Assembly: GCF_000737315.1 (NCBI RefSeq)
Contig: NZ_JMCB01000006.1
Location: forward strand, 62,001 to 126,000
Reading direction: 5' to 3'
DNA from: Hyalangium minutum
Lineage (GTDB): Bacteria > Myxococcota > Myxococcia > Myxococcales > Myxococcaceae
Length of the DNA stretch: 64,000 nucleotides
The notes under the pieces were generated by a model. The model saw only the letters and a program-made list of their open reading frames with translations. It had not been told where the DNA came from and searched no databases. This document shows, piece after piece, positions 30,761 through 39,418 of the stretch. The first letter of the stretch is position 1. Every line of letters begins with the position of its first letter. A program made the translations under genes and the position numbers.

Positions 30761-33631
30761 ATGAACCGAAAGTGGGTCGTCGCGCTGGGAGTCGTAGGGC
30801 TCGTGCTCGCTGTCGCCTGGGTCTGGCGCAGCAAGTTGGACGCTCAGGATGCGTCTCCGCCTCGGGAAGCTACCGCCCCACGGCAAGACACCGCGTCCGC
30901 TACAGGGGGCACGAAGCGGCCCGCCACCGGAGACACGGCTCAAGTGGGGGCGCAGGGCTCCGGCCCGAGTGCTGCTTCGGAAGGAGCGACGCCCCCCGTC
31001 GATGAGCCCATGCGTGCGGAGGAAGGCTCCCTGCGCGTCGAGGTCGCCGCCCCCACAGGGCCACAGCCCGGAGCCCGCGTGGCGCTCTATCTCCGAGGCC
31101 CGTACGAGCCCGCCACCGGCCAGCCCTCGTGGCGGCTGGCGGGGAGCGGCCGGACCGACGAACAGGGCGTGGTGGTGCTCCCCGCGCGTCCGGGGCGCTA
31201 CCTCGTCTCTGCCCGAGCCGAAGGCCTTGCCACCGCGAGAGCGGACGTCACCCGGCCTCGCGGAGAGGCCACCACCTCCGTCCGGCTCCTGCTCACCGCG
31301 GGCGCCACCTTGGAGGGCAGCACCGTGGAGAGAACCTCCGGCAGCCCGGTGCCGCTCGCGGAGCTCACGCTCGTTCCTCGCGCCTCGTCCCTCGAAGGCC
31401 GCGCCTCGGCTCCCGAGGAGGAGCGTCACCTTGCCTCCAGCGACGCGCGCGGAAACTTCCGCATCGTGGGACTCGAACCCGGCGAGTACCAGCTGGAGGC
31501 CCGCGCCCCGGGTCACGCGACCAAGCGGCTGTCGCGGGTGCACGTTCCCTCCTCGGGTGTCTCGGTTGAGTTGGAGGCCTCTGCCTTCATCGAAGGCTTC
31601 GTCGAGCTGCCCGATGGCAAGCCTGCCGCACACGCCCGTGTGAGCGCCTTTGGTGCGGACGAGGCCGCCTCGACCGAGACGGGCTCGGGGGGTGGGTTCT
31701 CGCTCGACGTGCCACCCGGGAGCTATCAGGTCACCGCCCGGCAGGGAGACAAGACGGGCTCGGCCCACTCCCGGGTCGTGGTCGGCGCGGGGATGACCCT
31801 CAAGGACGTGCGCATCCGGCTCGGGTCCGCCACGGCCATCGCGGGCGTGGTGCGCCAGAAGGACTCGGGTGCGCCCATCGCCGACGCGGCGATCTCCGTC
31901 ATCCCAAGCGGAGACCGGGGAGACCTCGCTCGCGCCACCGCCGACGCCGGAGGACAGTTCGAGGTGGGAGGGCTCGCTCCGGGTGCCTATGACGTCTCGG
32001 TGCAGGCTCCGGGCTTCAAGACGCTGCGCCGCACCGGTGTCACGGTGCTGGAAGACCAGCGCTTCGAGCTGATCGCCGAGCTGATCGCCAACGGCCGCAT
32101 CGTGGGCACGGTGGTGGACAGCGCGAAGAAGCCCCTCGCGGGCGTGCAAATCATCCCCCAGCGGCGGTGGAGCGCGATGGAGGGCGTGACCGCCACCGTG
32201 ACGGATGCGACAGGCAGCTTCGCTCTCGAGGATCTCCCGCCCGGAGACGTCTACGTCGCGGCGCGCCGCCCTGACAGTGACGAGCACACCCGCGTTCCCG
32301 CCAAGGTCGAGGCCGGGAAGACCACCCAGGTCCAGCTCCAGCTCTCCGACGAGGGTGTGCTGGAAGGGACCGTCCGCCTCGCGGATGGCCGCGTCCCGAC
32401 GAAGCCAGTCTCGGTCTACGCCCACCGGGTCGGAGCCCCCGCCTTCGAGGGCACGGAGGTACCCGCCACCGCAGCGGGCACGTTCTCGCTGCGCCTCGGA
32501 GCAGGCAAGTATCAGCTCAGCGCGTGGCTGGCGGACTCGCGCTGGGTGAACGAGCAGGAGAAGGCCGTCACCGTCAAGGCGGGCCAGACCCAGCGCGTCG
32601 AACTCGAGGTGCGCGAGGGCAAGAAGCCCGTTCAGATCACCGTGCTCGAGCCCAACGGAGCGCCCAGCGTCCGGGCCACGGTCATGGGCAGCGAGGCGGG
32701 CAAGTCGAACATCATTCTCGAGGACCTGACAGACGAGGCTGGACGCACGCTCTTCATGGCGGACTCGATGGGCTCGGATGCGCTGCACCTCTGGGCGACG
32801 AACGGCGGGCGCAGTGGAGATCTGCCCCGAGTCGCCGTGGCGAGCGGCAGCGCGACGATCCAGCTCATTCCGGGTGGGCGGCTGAGCGGCTCGGTGCGGT
32901 CGGCGGGAGGACGGCCCGTCACAGGGTTCGAGCTCGTCATCTCGCCCATCCGCACCGGCGAGGACTACTTCATGCAGCAGCGCTTCGAGTTCACCGGGGA
33001 CACGTTCGTGGTGGAAGACCTGACGCCAGGCCGGACCGCCATCACGGCCACGCTGCCGGACGGCCGCGCGGGAAAGGTGGAGACCCCCCTCACCTCCGGA
33101 GGGACAGTCCAGGCCGACATCGTCGTGGACGCGGGCGGAAGCATCACCGGCCGCTTGATCGACGCGAAGACGGGAGAGCCGATCGCGCAGGCTTTTGTCG
33201 AAGTCGATGGGCTCGTCTCGCCCAACACCGGTCCGGATGGACGGTTCAAGGTGAATGACCTCGCGCCAGGGCCGCACCGCATCACCGCATGGGAGCGGCA
33301 GCACGACATCGTGGACAAGCAGGTGACGCTCGGCGCCGGGAAGACGGTGGACCTGGGTGACTGGCGCATGGGCCCACCGCGCGTGGAACCCGGGCGACTG
33401 GGGCTCACGTTCGGCATGAACGGCGATGACGTCGTCATCAGCTGGATCACCGTGGGTGCGGAGACCGGTGAGCTCCAGGTGGGTGACACGGTGACGGCCA
33501 TTGATGGGGCCACGGTGCTCACCTCGGGCGAGGCCCGGCAGCGTGAGCTGGGGGCTCCCGGCAGTCCGGTGACGCTGTCGATCCGCCGGGATGGCCAGTC
33601 CCGGACGCTCACCCTCACGCGTGCCCGCTGA
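30761..33631 (+). CDS. Membrane-anchored protein with multiple carboxypeptidase-regulatory-like repeats and C-terminal PDZ
   Basis: N-terminal TM; repeated G.V....G.P.......D..G.F....L.PG.Y.. units; C-terminal GRLGLTF...GELQVGDTVTAIDG...GAPGSPVTLSIRR. Confidence 0.8.
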   Translation: MNRKWVVALGVVGLVLAVAWVWRSKLDAQDASPPREATAPRQDTASATGGTKRPATGDTAQVGAQGSGPSAASEGATPPVDEPMRAEEGSLRVEVAAPTGPQPGARVALYLRGPYEPATGQPSWRLAGSGRTDEQGVVVLPARPGRYLVSARAEGLATARADVTRPRGEATTSVRLLLTAGATLEGSTVERTSGSPVPLAELTLVPRASSLEGRASAPEEERHLASSDARGNFRIVGLEPGEYQLEARAPGHATKRLSRVHVPSSGVSVELEASAFIEGFVELPDGKPAAHARVSAFGADEAASTETGSGGGFSLDVPPGSYQVTARQGDKTGSAHSRVVVGAGMTLKDVRIRLGSATAIAGVVRQKDSGAPIADAAISVIPSGDRGDLARATADAGGQFEVGGLAPGAYDVSVQAPGFKTLRRTGVTVLEDQRFELIAELIANGRIVGTVVDSAKKPLAGVQIIPQRRWSAMEGVTATVTDATGSFALEDLPPGDVYVAARRPDSDEHTRVPAKVEAGKTTQVQLQLSDEGVLEGTVRLADGRVPTKPVSVYAHRVGAPAFEGTEVPATAAGTFSLRLGAGKYQLSAWLADSRWVNEQEKAVTVKAGQTQRVELEVREGKKPVQITVLEPNGAPSVRATVMGSEAGKSNIILEDLTDEAGRTLFMADSMGSDALHLWATNGGRSGDLPRVAVASGSATIQLIPGGRLSGSVRSAGGRPVTGFELVISPIRTGEDYFMQQRFEFTGDTFVVEDLTPGRTAITATLPDGRAGKVETPLTSGGTVQADIVVDAGGSITGRLIDAKTGEPIAQAFVEVDGLVSPNTGPDGRFKVNDLAPGPHRITAWERQHDIVDKQVTLGAGKTVDLGDWRMGPPRVEPGRLGLTFGMNGDDVVISWITVGAETGELQVGDTVTAIDGATVLTSGEARQRELGAPGSPVTLSIRRDGQSRTLTLTRAR

Positions 33632-33654
33632 CAGCCGGACAGAGGCGGACCCGC

Positions 33655-36600
33655 TCAGTAGTCCTGACGGGTCTGAGGCATCGGGCGCGGCTCTCCTCCG
33701 CCTCCATGCACCGGGCCGGGCGTGCCACCTCCGAGCCACCGGCGGAACTTCCCGAGCAGCCAGCTCCGCGCGTCCGCCAGGATTTCGTACACGGTGGGGA
33801 TGACCAGCAGCGTGAGCAGCGTGGAGGTGATGACGCCGCCGATGACGGCCCGGCCCAGGGGAGCGCGGAAGTCAGCGCCCTCGCCCCGCCCGAGCGCCAC
33901 CGGCACCATGCCGGCGATCAGCGCGAACGTCGTCATGATGATGGGCCGCAGACGGATGCGCCCGGCCTCAATGAGTGAGTCTCGAAGCGACAGCCCGCGC
34001 CGCTCGTGGGTCCACTTGGCGAAGTCGATGAGCAGGATGGCGTTCTTCGTCACGATGCCCATCAGCAGGATGACGCCAATCAGGCTCATGATGTTCAGCG
34101 TGTCCCCGGTGAGGAGCAGCGCCAGCACCACGCCGATGAGCGACAGCGGCAGCGACACCAGGATGGCCAGCGGATCCAGGAACGAGCCGAACTGCACCAC
34201 GAGGATGAGGTACATCAGCAGCACCGCGATGATGAGCGCGGTGAGCACATTGCTGAAGACCTCGGCTTGGTCCGCCGCCTCGCCGCCCTCCGAGAGCGCG
34301 TAGCCCGCGGGCAGCGGCACCTTTGCCAGCCGCGCCTGGGCATCCTTGAGCACCTCCGAGAGCGAGCGCCCCTGGACGTTCGCCTGGATGTTGATGACCT
34401 TTTCGCGGTTGAGGTGGTTGATCTGCGTGGGGCCGAAGGTCTCGCGGATCTCCGCCACCTGCCCCAGCGGCACCACCACCGGCGGGCGTCCTGGCGCTCC
34501 CGGGAGCGCCAGCGGGAGCCGCGCCAAGTCACTCGGGCTCCGGCGGGCCTCGGGCGCCAAGCGCACCATCACATCCCGCGTCTCTCCGGTGGGATCCACC
34601 CAGTCGCCCGAGTCCAGCCCCGCGAACGCGGGCCGCAGCGACTGGGCCACCTGCCCCACCGTCACGCCGAGCTGACCCGCCAGCCCGCGCCGCAGCTCCA
34701 CCTCCAGCTCCGGCTTCTGTCCCCGGCTGGAGAGCCCCACGTCCACCGCGCCGGGCACCTGCTCCAGCTCGCGCCGGAGCTTCTCGGCCAGCTCGCTCAG
34801 CATGCGCGCATCCGGCCCGCGCAGCTCGAGCTGGATGGCCTTGAACGCGCCGCCAAAGCCACTGGTGAAGACGGACGCCTGAGCCCCCGCCACCCGGCTC
34901 AGCTCCTGGCGCAACGTGTAGCCCAGCGCGTCCGCGCTCACCTGACGCTCATTCTTGGGCTTGAGCCGCACGTACATGAGCGCCTGATCCACGCCCGGCG
35001 AGCGCAGCGGCAACGGCGTGCCGATGGTGGCATACGTATAGACCACCTCCGGGTGCGAGGCCGCGATACGGGCCACCTCTTCCACCTTGCGCCGGGTGTA
35101 CTCGAGGTTCGAGCTGGGCGACGTCTCGACGAAGACCTCCATCTCGCTGTTGTCGCTCATGGGGACGAAGCCCGCGCCGCCGAACATCCCCTGCAGCACG
35201 AGCGCGCCCACGAACGAGCCCACCGCGAGCAGCACCATGGCCAGCCGGTGGTCCAGCGCCCAGGCGATGACACGCTTGTAGTGGTCCGCCTGCCGGTCGA
35301 ACCATTGGTTGAAGCGTGAGAGCGTCCGGGAGATGGGGCCCTTCCGCGCTCCCTTCTCCACCTGGGGATCCGCCCAGTAGGCGGAGAGCATCGGGTCCAG
35401 CGAGAAGCTCACGAAGAGCGACACCAGCACCGCGCACGCGATCGTCAATGCGAACGGTTTGAACCACTGTCCCGTCACCCCGTACATGAAGGCGATGGGC
35501 ACGAACACCGCCACGATGGAGAACGTGGTGGCCGCCACCGCGAGGCCAATCTCATTCGTGCCCTGGCGGGACGCCGCCATGTGGTCCTTCCCCATCTCGA
35601 TGTGGCGCACGATGTTCTCGCGCACCACGATGGCGTCGTCGATCAGGATGCCGATGGCCAGCGACAGGCCCAGCAGCGACATGGTGTTGAGCGTGAAGCC
35701 GAACGCCCACACGCTGATGAAGGACGCCAGCACGCTCACCGGCAGCGCCAGGCCGGTAATCACCGTCGAGCGCCACGAGTTGAGGAAGACGAACACCACC
35801 AGCACCGTGAGCAAGGCGCCCTCCAGGAGCGCCTCCTCGACGTCGGCCACCGAGTCGGCCATGCGCATGCCCGCGTCGCGGACGATCTCCAGCCGCACGC
35901 TCTCGGGGAGCTTGGGCTGGAGCGTCTTCAAGCGCTCGCGGAGCTGCTGCGCCACGTCCGTGGTGCTGTAGCCCTTGGCCTTCAGCACGTCGATGCCTAC
36001 GGCCTGCTTGCCGTTGAAGAGGGCCAGCGTGCGCGGCTCCTCCGTCCCATCCTTCACCTCCGCCACCTGCCCCAGGCGGATGGCCTGTCCTCCTCGCTCG
36101 GCGATGACGACGTCGGTGAAGTCTTCGGGCGTCTCCAGCCGGCCCTTGAGGCGGATGCTCTGCTCCTCCAGCGCCCCGGTGATGCGGCCCACGGGCGCCG
36201 CCAGGTTCTGCGCCTTCAGCGCCTGCACCACCTCCGCCACGCTCAGCCCCGCGGCCTGGAGCGCCCCGGGCTTCAGCTCCACCGTCAGCTCGCGCTCGAT
36301 GCCGCCCACCATCGTCACCTGCGCCACGCCTGGCACCGCGCGCAGCTCCCGTATCACCGTTGGGTCCGCGATGCGCGACAGCGTCGCCGCTGGCAGCGTG
36401 TCCGAGGAGAGCATCAGCGAGAGGATGGGCAGGTCCGACGGGTCGAACCGCGTGAGGATGGGCTCCTCCATCTCCTGCGGGAGATCCGCTCGCCTGCCGG
36501 AGATGGCGTCGCGGATGTCCTGCGAGGCCTGCTGGATGTCTGTCTCGAAGCTGAAGACCACCGCGAAGTGGGCCAGCCCGTCCGAAGCCGCGGAGGTCGT

Positions 36601-36843
36601 CCTGCTGCCATCCACTCCGCTGATGCTGAAGATGGCGTCCTCGACGGGCTCGATGATCTCCCGCTCCACCACATCCGGGGAGGCGCCCGGGTAGACGATG
36701 GTGACGCCGACGACGGGCGGCTTCACGTCGGGGAACTCGTCCGTCTTCAGGTTGACGAGCGCGACGAGCCCGAAGACGACCAGCGCCATCATGCACGTGA
36801 TGGTGACGATGGGGCGCTTGATGGCGAAGTCGGAGATGAACAC
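33655..36843 (-). CDS. RND efflux transporter permease subunit (AcrB family)
   Basis: MFISDFAIKRP, ILIDDAIVVRENI, KNAILLIDF, RLRPIIMTT; 1062 aa. Confidence 0.95.
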   Translation of the reverse strand: MFISDFAIKRPIVTITCMMALVVFGLVALVNLKTDEFPDVKPPVVGVTIVYPGASPDVVEREIIEPVEDAIFSISGVDGSRTTSAASDGLAHFAVVFSFETDIQQASQDIRDAISGRRADLPQEMEEPILTRFDPSDLPILSLMLSSDTLPAATLSRIADPTVIRELRAVPGVAQVTMVGGIERELTVELKPGALQAAGLSVAEVVQALKAQNLAAPVGRITGALEEQSIRLKGRLETPEDFTDVVIAERGGQAIRLGQVAEVKDGTEEPRTLALFNGKQAVGIDVLKAKGYSTTDVAQQLRERLKTLQPKLPESVRLEIVRDAGMRMADSVADVEEALLEGALLTVLVVFVFLNSWRSTVITGLALPVSVLASFISVWAFGFTLNTMSLLGLSLAIGILIDDAIVVRENIVRHIEMGKDHMAASRQGTNEIGLAVAATTFSIVAVFVPIAFMYGVTGQWFKPFALTIACAVLVSLFVSFSLDPMLSAYWADPQVEKGARKGPISRTLSRFNQWFDRQADHYKRVIAWALDHRLAMVLLAVGSFVGALVLQGMFGGAGFVPMSDNSEMEVFVETSPSSNLEYTRRKVEEVARIAASHPEVVYTYATIGTPLPLRSPGVDQALMYVRLKPKNERQVSADALGYTLRQELSRVAGAQASVFTSGFGGAFKAIQLELRGPDARMLSELAEKLRRELEQVPGAVDVGLSSRGQKPELEVELRRGLAGQLGVTVGQVAQSLRPAFAGLDSGDWVDPTGETRDVMVRLAPEARRSPSDLARLPLALPGAPGRPPVVVPLGQVAEIRETFGPTQINHLNREKVINIQANVQGRSLSEVLKDAQARLAKVPLPAGYALSEGGEAADQAEVFSNVLTALIIAVLLMYLILVVQFGSFLDPLAILVSLPLSLIGVVLALLLTGDTLNIMSLIGVILLMGIVTKNAILLIDFAKWTHERRGLSLRDSLIEAGRIRLRPIIMTTFALIAGMVPVALGRGEGADFRAPLGRAVIGGVITSTLLTLLVIPTVYEILADARSWLLGKFRRWLGGGTPGPVHGGGGEPRPMPQTRQDY

Positions 36844-36877
36844 GGCGTCTCCTTGCGGAAGGGCGTGAGGGTGCGTG

Positions 36878-38059
36878 TCAGCGGGGCGTCGGGGAGCTCG
36901 GGCCCAGCCCTGGCTGACGCGGGGCCTGTGTCACCTGCACGCGCGTGCCCTCGGCCAGCTCCCTCGCCGAGCCCACCACCACCACGTCTCCCGCTTGGAG
37001 TCCGGAGCGCACCTCGATCTGCTGGGCCACGTCATCCCGGAGGCCCAGGTCCACCGAGGCCCGCTCCAGCTTGCCGTCGCGCACCCGCATCACCGAGGGC
37101 GGCGTGGTGCGCGCATCCACCGCCGCCAGCGGCACGGCCAGCGCCTCCCGCGACTCGGATGCCACGCGCCCTTGCGCGAACAGCCCCACCAGGAGCGACT
37201 GCTCCACGTTGGGAATCGTCACGTAGATGCGCACCTGCCCGGTGGCCGGGTCCACCGCCGGGTTGATGCGCTCGATCTTCCCGGAGAAGGTCTGCTCCGC
37301 GTCGCCCTGCAGACGGAAGTCCACCGGAGTGCCCGCCTTGAGCCTCCCCCCGTACTCCGCGGGCATGAAGGCGTTCAGCTCCAGGCTCCGGGGATCCACC
37401 ACGGTGACGAGCGAAGAGCCGGGCTGCACCACGTCGCCAGCGTTCACCTGGCGCTCGCTCACCACGCCGTCGAAAGGCGCCACGATGCGCGTGCGGCCCA
37501 CCTGCTCGCGGGCCAGCGCCAGCCGGGACTGGGCCTCGGAGAGCTGGGCCTGCGCCTGGTGCCGAGTGAGCTGCGCGCGCTCGAAATCCCGCTGGGTGAT
37601 GACACCCGCCTGGGTGAGCTTCGCGGTGCGCTCCTCCTCGGCCTCGGCGACGCGCACCGTGTTCTCGGCGACCCGCACCGCGGAGCGTGCCGCGATGAGC
37701 TGGTCCTGAAAGGCCACGTCGTCGATGCGCGCCAACAAGGCCCCTCGCTTCACGGGCTGGCCCTGATCCGCGTTCACCTCCAGCACGGGGCCCGCCACCT
37801 CCGCGCGCAAGGTGGCCGCCTGCCGCGCCTGCAGCGAGCCGGAGATGACCGGGCCGCTCTGCAATGTTCGCGGCTCGATGCGGATCACATTCTCCGGACC
37901 CAGTGTGATCGGAGCGGGCTCCGCCTCCATGGGAGCCGCGTCCCCCTTCTGCCCGTTACAGCCGGCAAGGCCGAGCAGCGCCAGGGATCCCAGCACGGCC
38001 CCTGCCCGCCTGCTCGCCCCCACCCACCGCCCTATCCCACTTCTGATGGCCTCTGGCAT
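36878..38059 (-). CDS. RND periplasmic adaptor (membrane fusion protein), lipoprotein
   Basis: Lipobox LGLAGC; lipoyl halves GQPVKRGALLARID and IVAPFDGVVSER..NAGDVV; coiled hairpin. Confidence 0.92.
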   Translation of the reverse strand: MPEAIRSGIGRWVGASRRAGAVLGSLALLGLAGCNGQKGDAAPMEAEPAPITLGPENVIRIEPRTLQSGPVISGSLQARQAATLRAEVAGPVLEVNADQGQPVKRGALLARIDDVAFQDQLIAARSAVRVAENTVRVAEAEEERTAKLTQAGVITQRDFERAQLTRHQAQAQLSEAQSRLALAREQVGRTRIVAPFDGVVSERQVNAGDVVQPGSSLVTVVDPRSLELNAFMPAEYGGRLKAGTPVDFRLQGDAEQTFSGKIERINPAVDPATGQVRIYVTIPNVEQSLLVGLFAQGRVASESREALAVPLAAVDARTTPPSVMRVRDGKLERASVDLGLRDDVAQQIEVRSGLQAGDVVVVGSARELAEGTRVQVTQAPRQPGLGPSSPTPR

Positions 38060-38245
38060 CACCGGTGACCCCCGTCGCCGGCCACTTCACGGCGCGTAGG
38101 AGAGTCAGACCTCCTGATGCAAGGTGCCAGTGGGATCAGACCTCAGGCCCGGCGCCTGCTGGCCTGTGGACGGAGCAAAATGGAACAGCCCCCGAGCCAT
38201 GCAGGCCGGGGGCTGCCTCACCGCCGAATTCCAGAGGCGCGGCGC

Positions 38246-39199
38246 TCAGCGCACCGGCGTCTCGCTGATCAGCAGCGTCTTCGTGGAGAAGCTCCTGGCG
38301 CAGGTGGAGACCTGCCGCTCACCGCACTGGATCGGGGTGGTGGCGCGCGTCTGCGAGCTGAAGCAGCTGGCGCCCTCCGCAGTCCACTCGGCCTCCCCCA
38401 CCCAGCTCTCCGTGTCGCTCTGGACGCCCAGCGAGTCGTAGAGGTTGATGAGGTTGCCGTTCACCGTGTACGAGGAGCCGTTGCCGCAGAAGTCCGCGCG
38501 CACCATGCGGGTGCACGCCTGGTGGTGATCCTCCAGGCTCACCCCGTTCACCGAGCGCCACGGCGCGTAGCCGAAGCGCACGCACTTGGCGAGCGCCGCG
38601 CCCTCGCACGCGAAGGTGAAGGAGTTGGCGTCGTAGATCTTCCGGCCGCCCCCGCTCACGCCCTCGCGGTAGTCCCAGCGGTTCTCCAGAGCAATGGCGC
38701 CGGTGGCCGAGCCATCCGCGTTGGTGCAGATGGGGTACCACTGGCCATCCCCCGTGTTCTGGTACGACACCCGGTAGCTCCAGACATCCTGGTTGGCGCC
38801 CTCGCCCTGGATCATGTCCTCGATGCGCAGCGTCAAGATCGTGCCATCCTGCAGCACCCCCGTGAAGCGCGTCTGCAGGAAGTCCTTGCCGGACAGCTCC
38901 TGCGTGCCGGACAGGCCGTGGAAGGTGGAGCCCTCGAGCCACACATTGCTGAGCGGCAGGCTCATGCCCTCGCGCTGGGCGCCCGCGTAACGCACCGCAA
39001 CAAGCTTCGATCCCAGCGCCGTCCCGTTGACCTCCCGTCCATTGATCTCCCGGCCGTTGATTTCCCGGCCATTGTCAGTCACCAGACTGTGTGCGGACGA
39101 CTCCAGCGCGGGCGCAAGCGCGTCCCCGGCATCCGCGGTCCCACACCCCATCGCCCCACCGGCCAGAATCGCCGCCACCACCACGAACCGGACACCCAT
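38246..39199 (-). CDS. ADYC-domain lipoprotein with NGREI pentapeptide repeats
   Basis: Lipobox GAMGC; NGREINGREINGREVNG; Cys-rich domain FACEGAALAKCVRFGY...CTRMVRADFCGNG...EAEWTAEGASC. Confidence 0.8.
   Translation of the reverse strand: MGVRFVVVAAILAGGAMGCGTADAGDALAPALESSAHSLVTDNGREINGREINGREVNGTALGSKLVAVRYAGAQREGMSLPLSNVWLEGSTFHGLSGTQELSGKDFLQTRFTGVLQDGTILTLRIEDMIQGEGANQDVWSYRVSYQNTGDGQWYPICTNADGSATGAIALENRWDYREGVSGGGRKIYDANSFTFACEGAALAKCVRFGYAPWRSVNGVSLEDHHQACTRMVRADFCGNGSSYTVNGNLINLYDSLGVQSDTESWVGEAEWTAEGASCFSSQTRATTPIQCGERQVSTCARSFSTKTLLISETPVR
39016..39073. repeat. 15-bp period repeats encoding NG(R/T)xx pentapeptides
   Basis: Encodes NGREI-NGREI-NGREV-NGTAL inside the ADYC gene. Confidence 0.85.
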
Positions 39200-39418
39200 A
39201 CGCCACCTCCGCATCCACCTTCTTCGGATGCACCGGAGGGTGTGCAGCGGGGGGTGGGCGGGCAAGGTGAGGACAGTGCCTCAGGCACTTGCAGCGTTGA
39301 TTCCTGGGCCCCCAAAGTGGCCGTGAGCACAGAGGAAGTGGGTTTTGTGTCCTCCGGTGAGCAGCGTGTCTCAAAGATGAGAAGAGGATGGGAAGAGGCC
39401 CCCCACCCTTAATTCCCG

